From the NCBI GenBank assembly GCA_965205605.1, contig CBDBHE010000007.1:544001-608000 (forward strand): a stretch of DNA of 64,000 bases, in the 5' to 3' direction. This stretch comes from Spirochaetota bacterium (lineage in GTDB: Bacteria > Spirochaetota > UBA12135 > COTS27 > CBDBHE01). The position numbers and the translations under genes are program-made. The notes beneath the pieces were generated by a model. That model saw nothing but the letters and a program-made list of their open reading frames with translations, did no database searches and had not been told where the DNA came from. The stretch's first letter is position 1. Each line of letters opens with the position of its first letter. Below, in pieces: positions 62,870 to 64,000 of the stretch.

Positions 62870-64000
62870 GTGATTTCTTTTTATATTAAAAATCTAGGTT
62901 GTAAAGTCAATCAAATCGAAATGGAACAACTTACCAGTGAGCTTTCTCATAAAGGATTTGTTTTTAATCCAGATTTTAATAAAGCAGATGTTGCCATTAT
63001 TAATACGTGCACGGTCACTAAAAAAGCAGATCGAAAATCACTTTCGGCTATTCGTTTTTTTGATAAAATGGAAAAAATTCAATATCTTTTTGTGATGGGG
63101 TGTTATTCAGAGCTTGAAAAAGATTTAAATCAAAAAGTTAAAGGGCTCACCAAAATCATTCCCCAAAGTCAAAAACTAAAAGCAGCCACCATTATTGAAC
63201 AAATTATTAAAAAAAAAACACCTACTTACCTTCAAACCCTTTCGCCTCAAACTTCTTTTAAAGAAGAAAAATGGAACGTCTATCAGCAATCTAAAAATTC
63301 TCCCCAAGCGCTTAAAAATCTTCAAACTAATTTTTTTAATCATCAAAGAGCTTTTATTAAAATCCAAGATGGTTGTAATTTTTTTTGTTCTTTTTGCCGC
63401 ATTCCTTTTGCGAGAGGAGCACCTGTTTCTAGAGCTTATGAGGATATTTTAAATCAAGTTAGCCATTTAGTTGATAAAAATGTGGGTGAAATTGTTATTA
63501 GTGGGATTAACCTTGGAACGTATTCTCAAAAAAACATTCGATTTGGAGATTTGATTAAAACCATCTTGAATCGTTCTAAAAAAACACTGATTCGTATTTC
63601 GTCTATCGAGCCTAATTCGATTGATGAAACCTTTCTCTCTCTTTTAGATCATCCCAATCTTTCTCCTCACATTCATCTCCCTCTTCAGGGGACTTGTAAT
63701 GATATTTTAAAACAAATGAATCGGCGTTATACCCTTCATGATTTTTATACGCTTTTAAAACATTTTTATAAAGCCAATCGATATTTTGCCGTTTCGACTG
63801 ATATCATTACTGGTTTTCCTACAGAAACTGAAGCAGCTTTTGAAAAAGGACTTGATTTTATTAGGAAATGTCGATTTTCAAAGTTACATGTGTTTCCTTA
63901 TTCTCCTAGGGGCTACACGGTTTCAGCTAGAAAGTATTCGGATCTTCCCAAGCAAGAAAAAAAAAAGCGAGTGCGAACCCTTTTAGATCTTTCTAAGCGG
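62870..64000 (+). CDS. mtaB: tRNA t6A37 methylthiotransferase MtaB (radical SAM), runs off the window end; not in the ORF track
   Basis: GTG start; LGCKVNQ.E, INTCTVT..AD.KS, GCY, RAFIKIQDGCNFFCSFCRIPFARG, RISSIEP, TDIITGFP.ETE, HVFPYSPR. Confidence 0.92.
   Translation, partial: MISFYIKNLGCKVNQIEMEQLTSELSHKGFVFNPDFNKADVAIINTCTVTKKADRKSLSAIRFFDKMEKIQYLFVMGCYSELEKDLNQKVKGLTKIIPQSQKLKAATIIEQIIKKKTPTYLQTLSPQTSFKEEKWNVYQQSKNSPQALKNLQTNFFNHQRAFIKIQDGCNFFCSFCRIPFARGAPVSRAYEDILNQVSHLVDKNVGEIVISGINLGTYSQKNIRFGDLIKTILNRSKKTLIRISSIEPNSIDETFLSLLDHPNLSPHIHLPLQGTCNDILKQMNRRYTLHDFYTLLKHFYKANRYFAVSTDIITGFPTETEAAFEKGLDFIRKCRFSKLHVFPYSPRGYTVSARKYSDLPKQEKKKRVRTLLDLSKR

Noticed and set aside
63176-63986. Short ORFs 63176-63367, 63195-63452 and 63786-63986
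   Set aside because: They are alternative frames inside mtaB, which the track missed because it lacks a stop within the window.

Overview
AT-rich bacterial chromosome segment, mostly housekeeping and metabolic genes: kdsA, menA, ilvD/ilvB/ilvN, murB, nadD/nadC, icd, tal, pabABC, cysS, hom, groESL, DAHP synthase, two indolepyruvate-type oxidoreductases, a cmk-rpsA fusion, proB and mtaB, plus four tRNAs lacking encoded CCA. The cmk-rpsA fusion, XPB-like helicase and tRNA-Arg(UCG) hint at a spirochaete-like lineage (inference only). The most unusual locus is 18.2-28.7 kb. A sulfate-assimilation cluster (rrf2-moeB-cysH // cysD-cysN) is split by a Flavobacteria-like thiamine island that keeps only the thiazole and coupling genes (thiS, thiG, thiH, thiF/moeZ, thiE, tenI-like); thiC and thiD survive only as stubs. 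A ~200 bp copy of the cysD upstream region, with a 44 bp perfect core and internal inverted repeats, sits between the two divergent thi units. Other items not explained by the ORF track: a VTC-DUF4956-CotH operon with +1 frameshifts in two adjacent genes (one at a UUU-UGA shifty stop), a 45-aa hyper-acidic ORF, a BcgI-like restriction-modification relic downstream of tRNA-Leu, and several small or split ORFs. All homology calls come from motif recognition by eye; no database searches were run.
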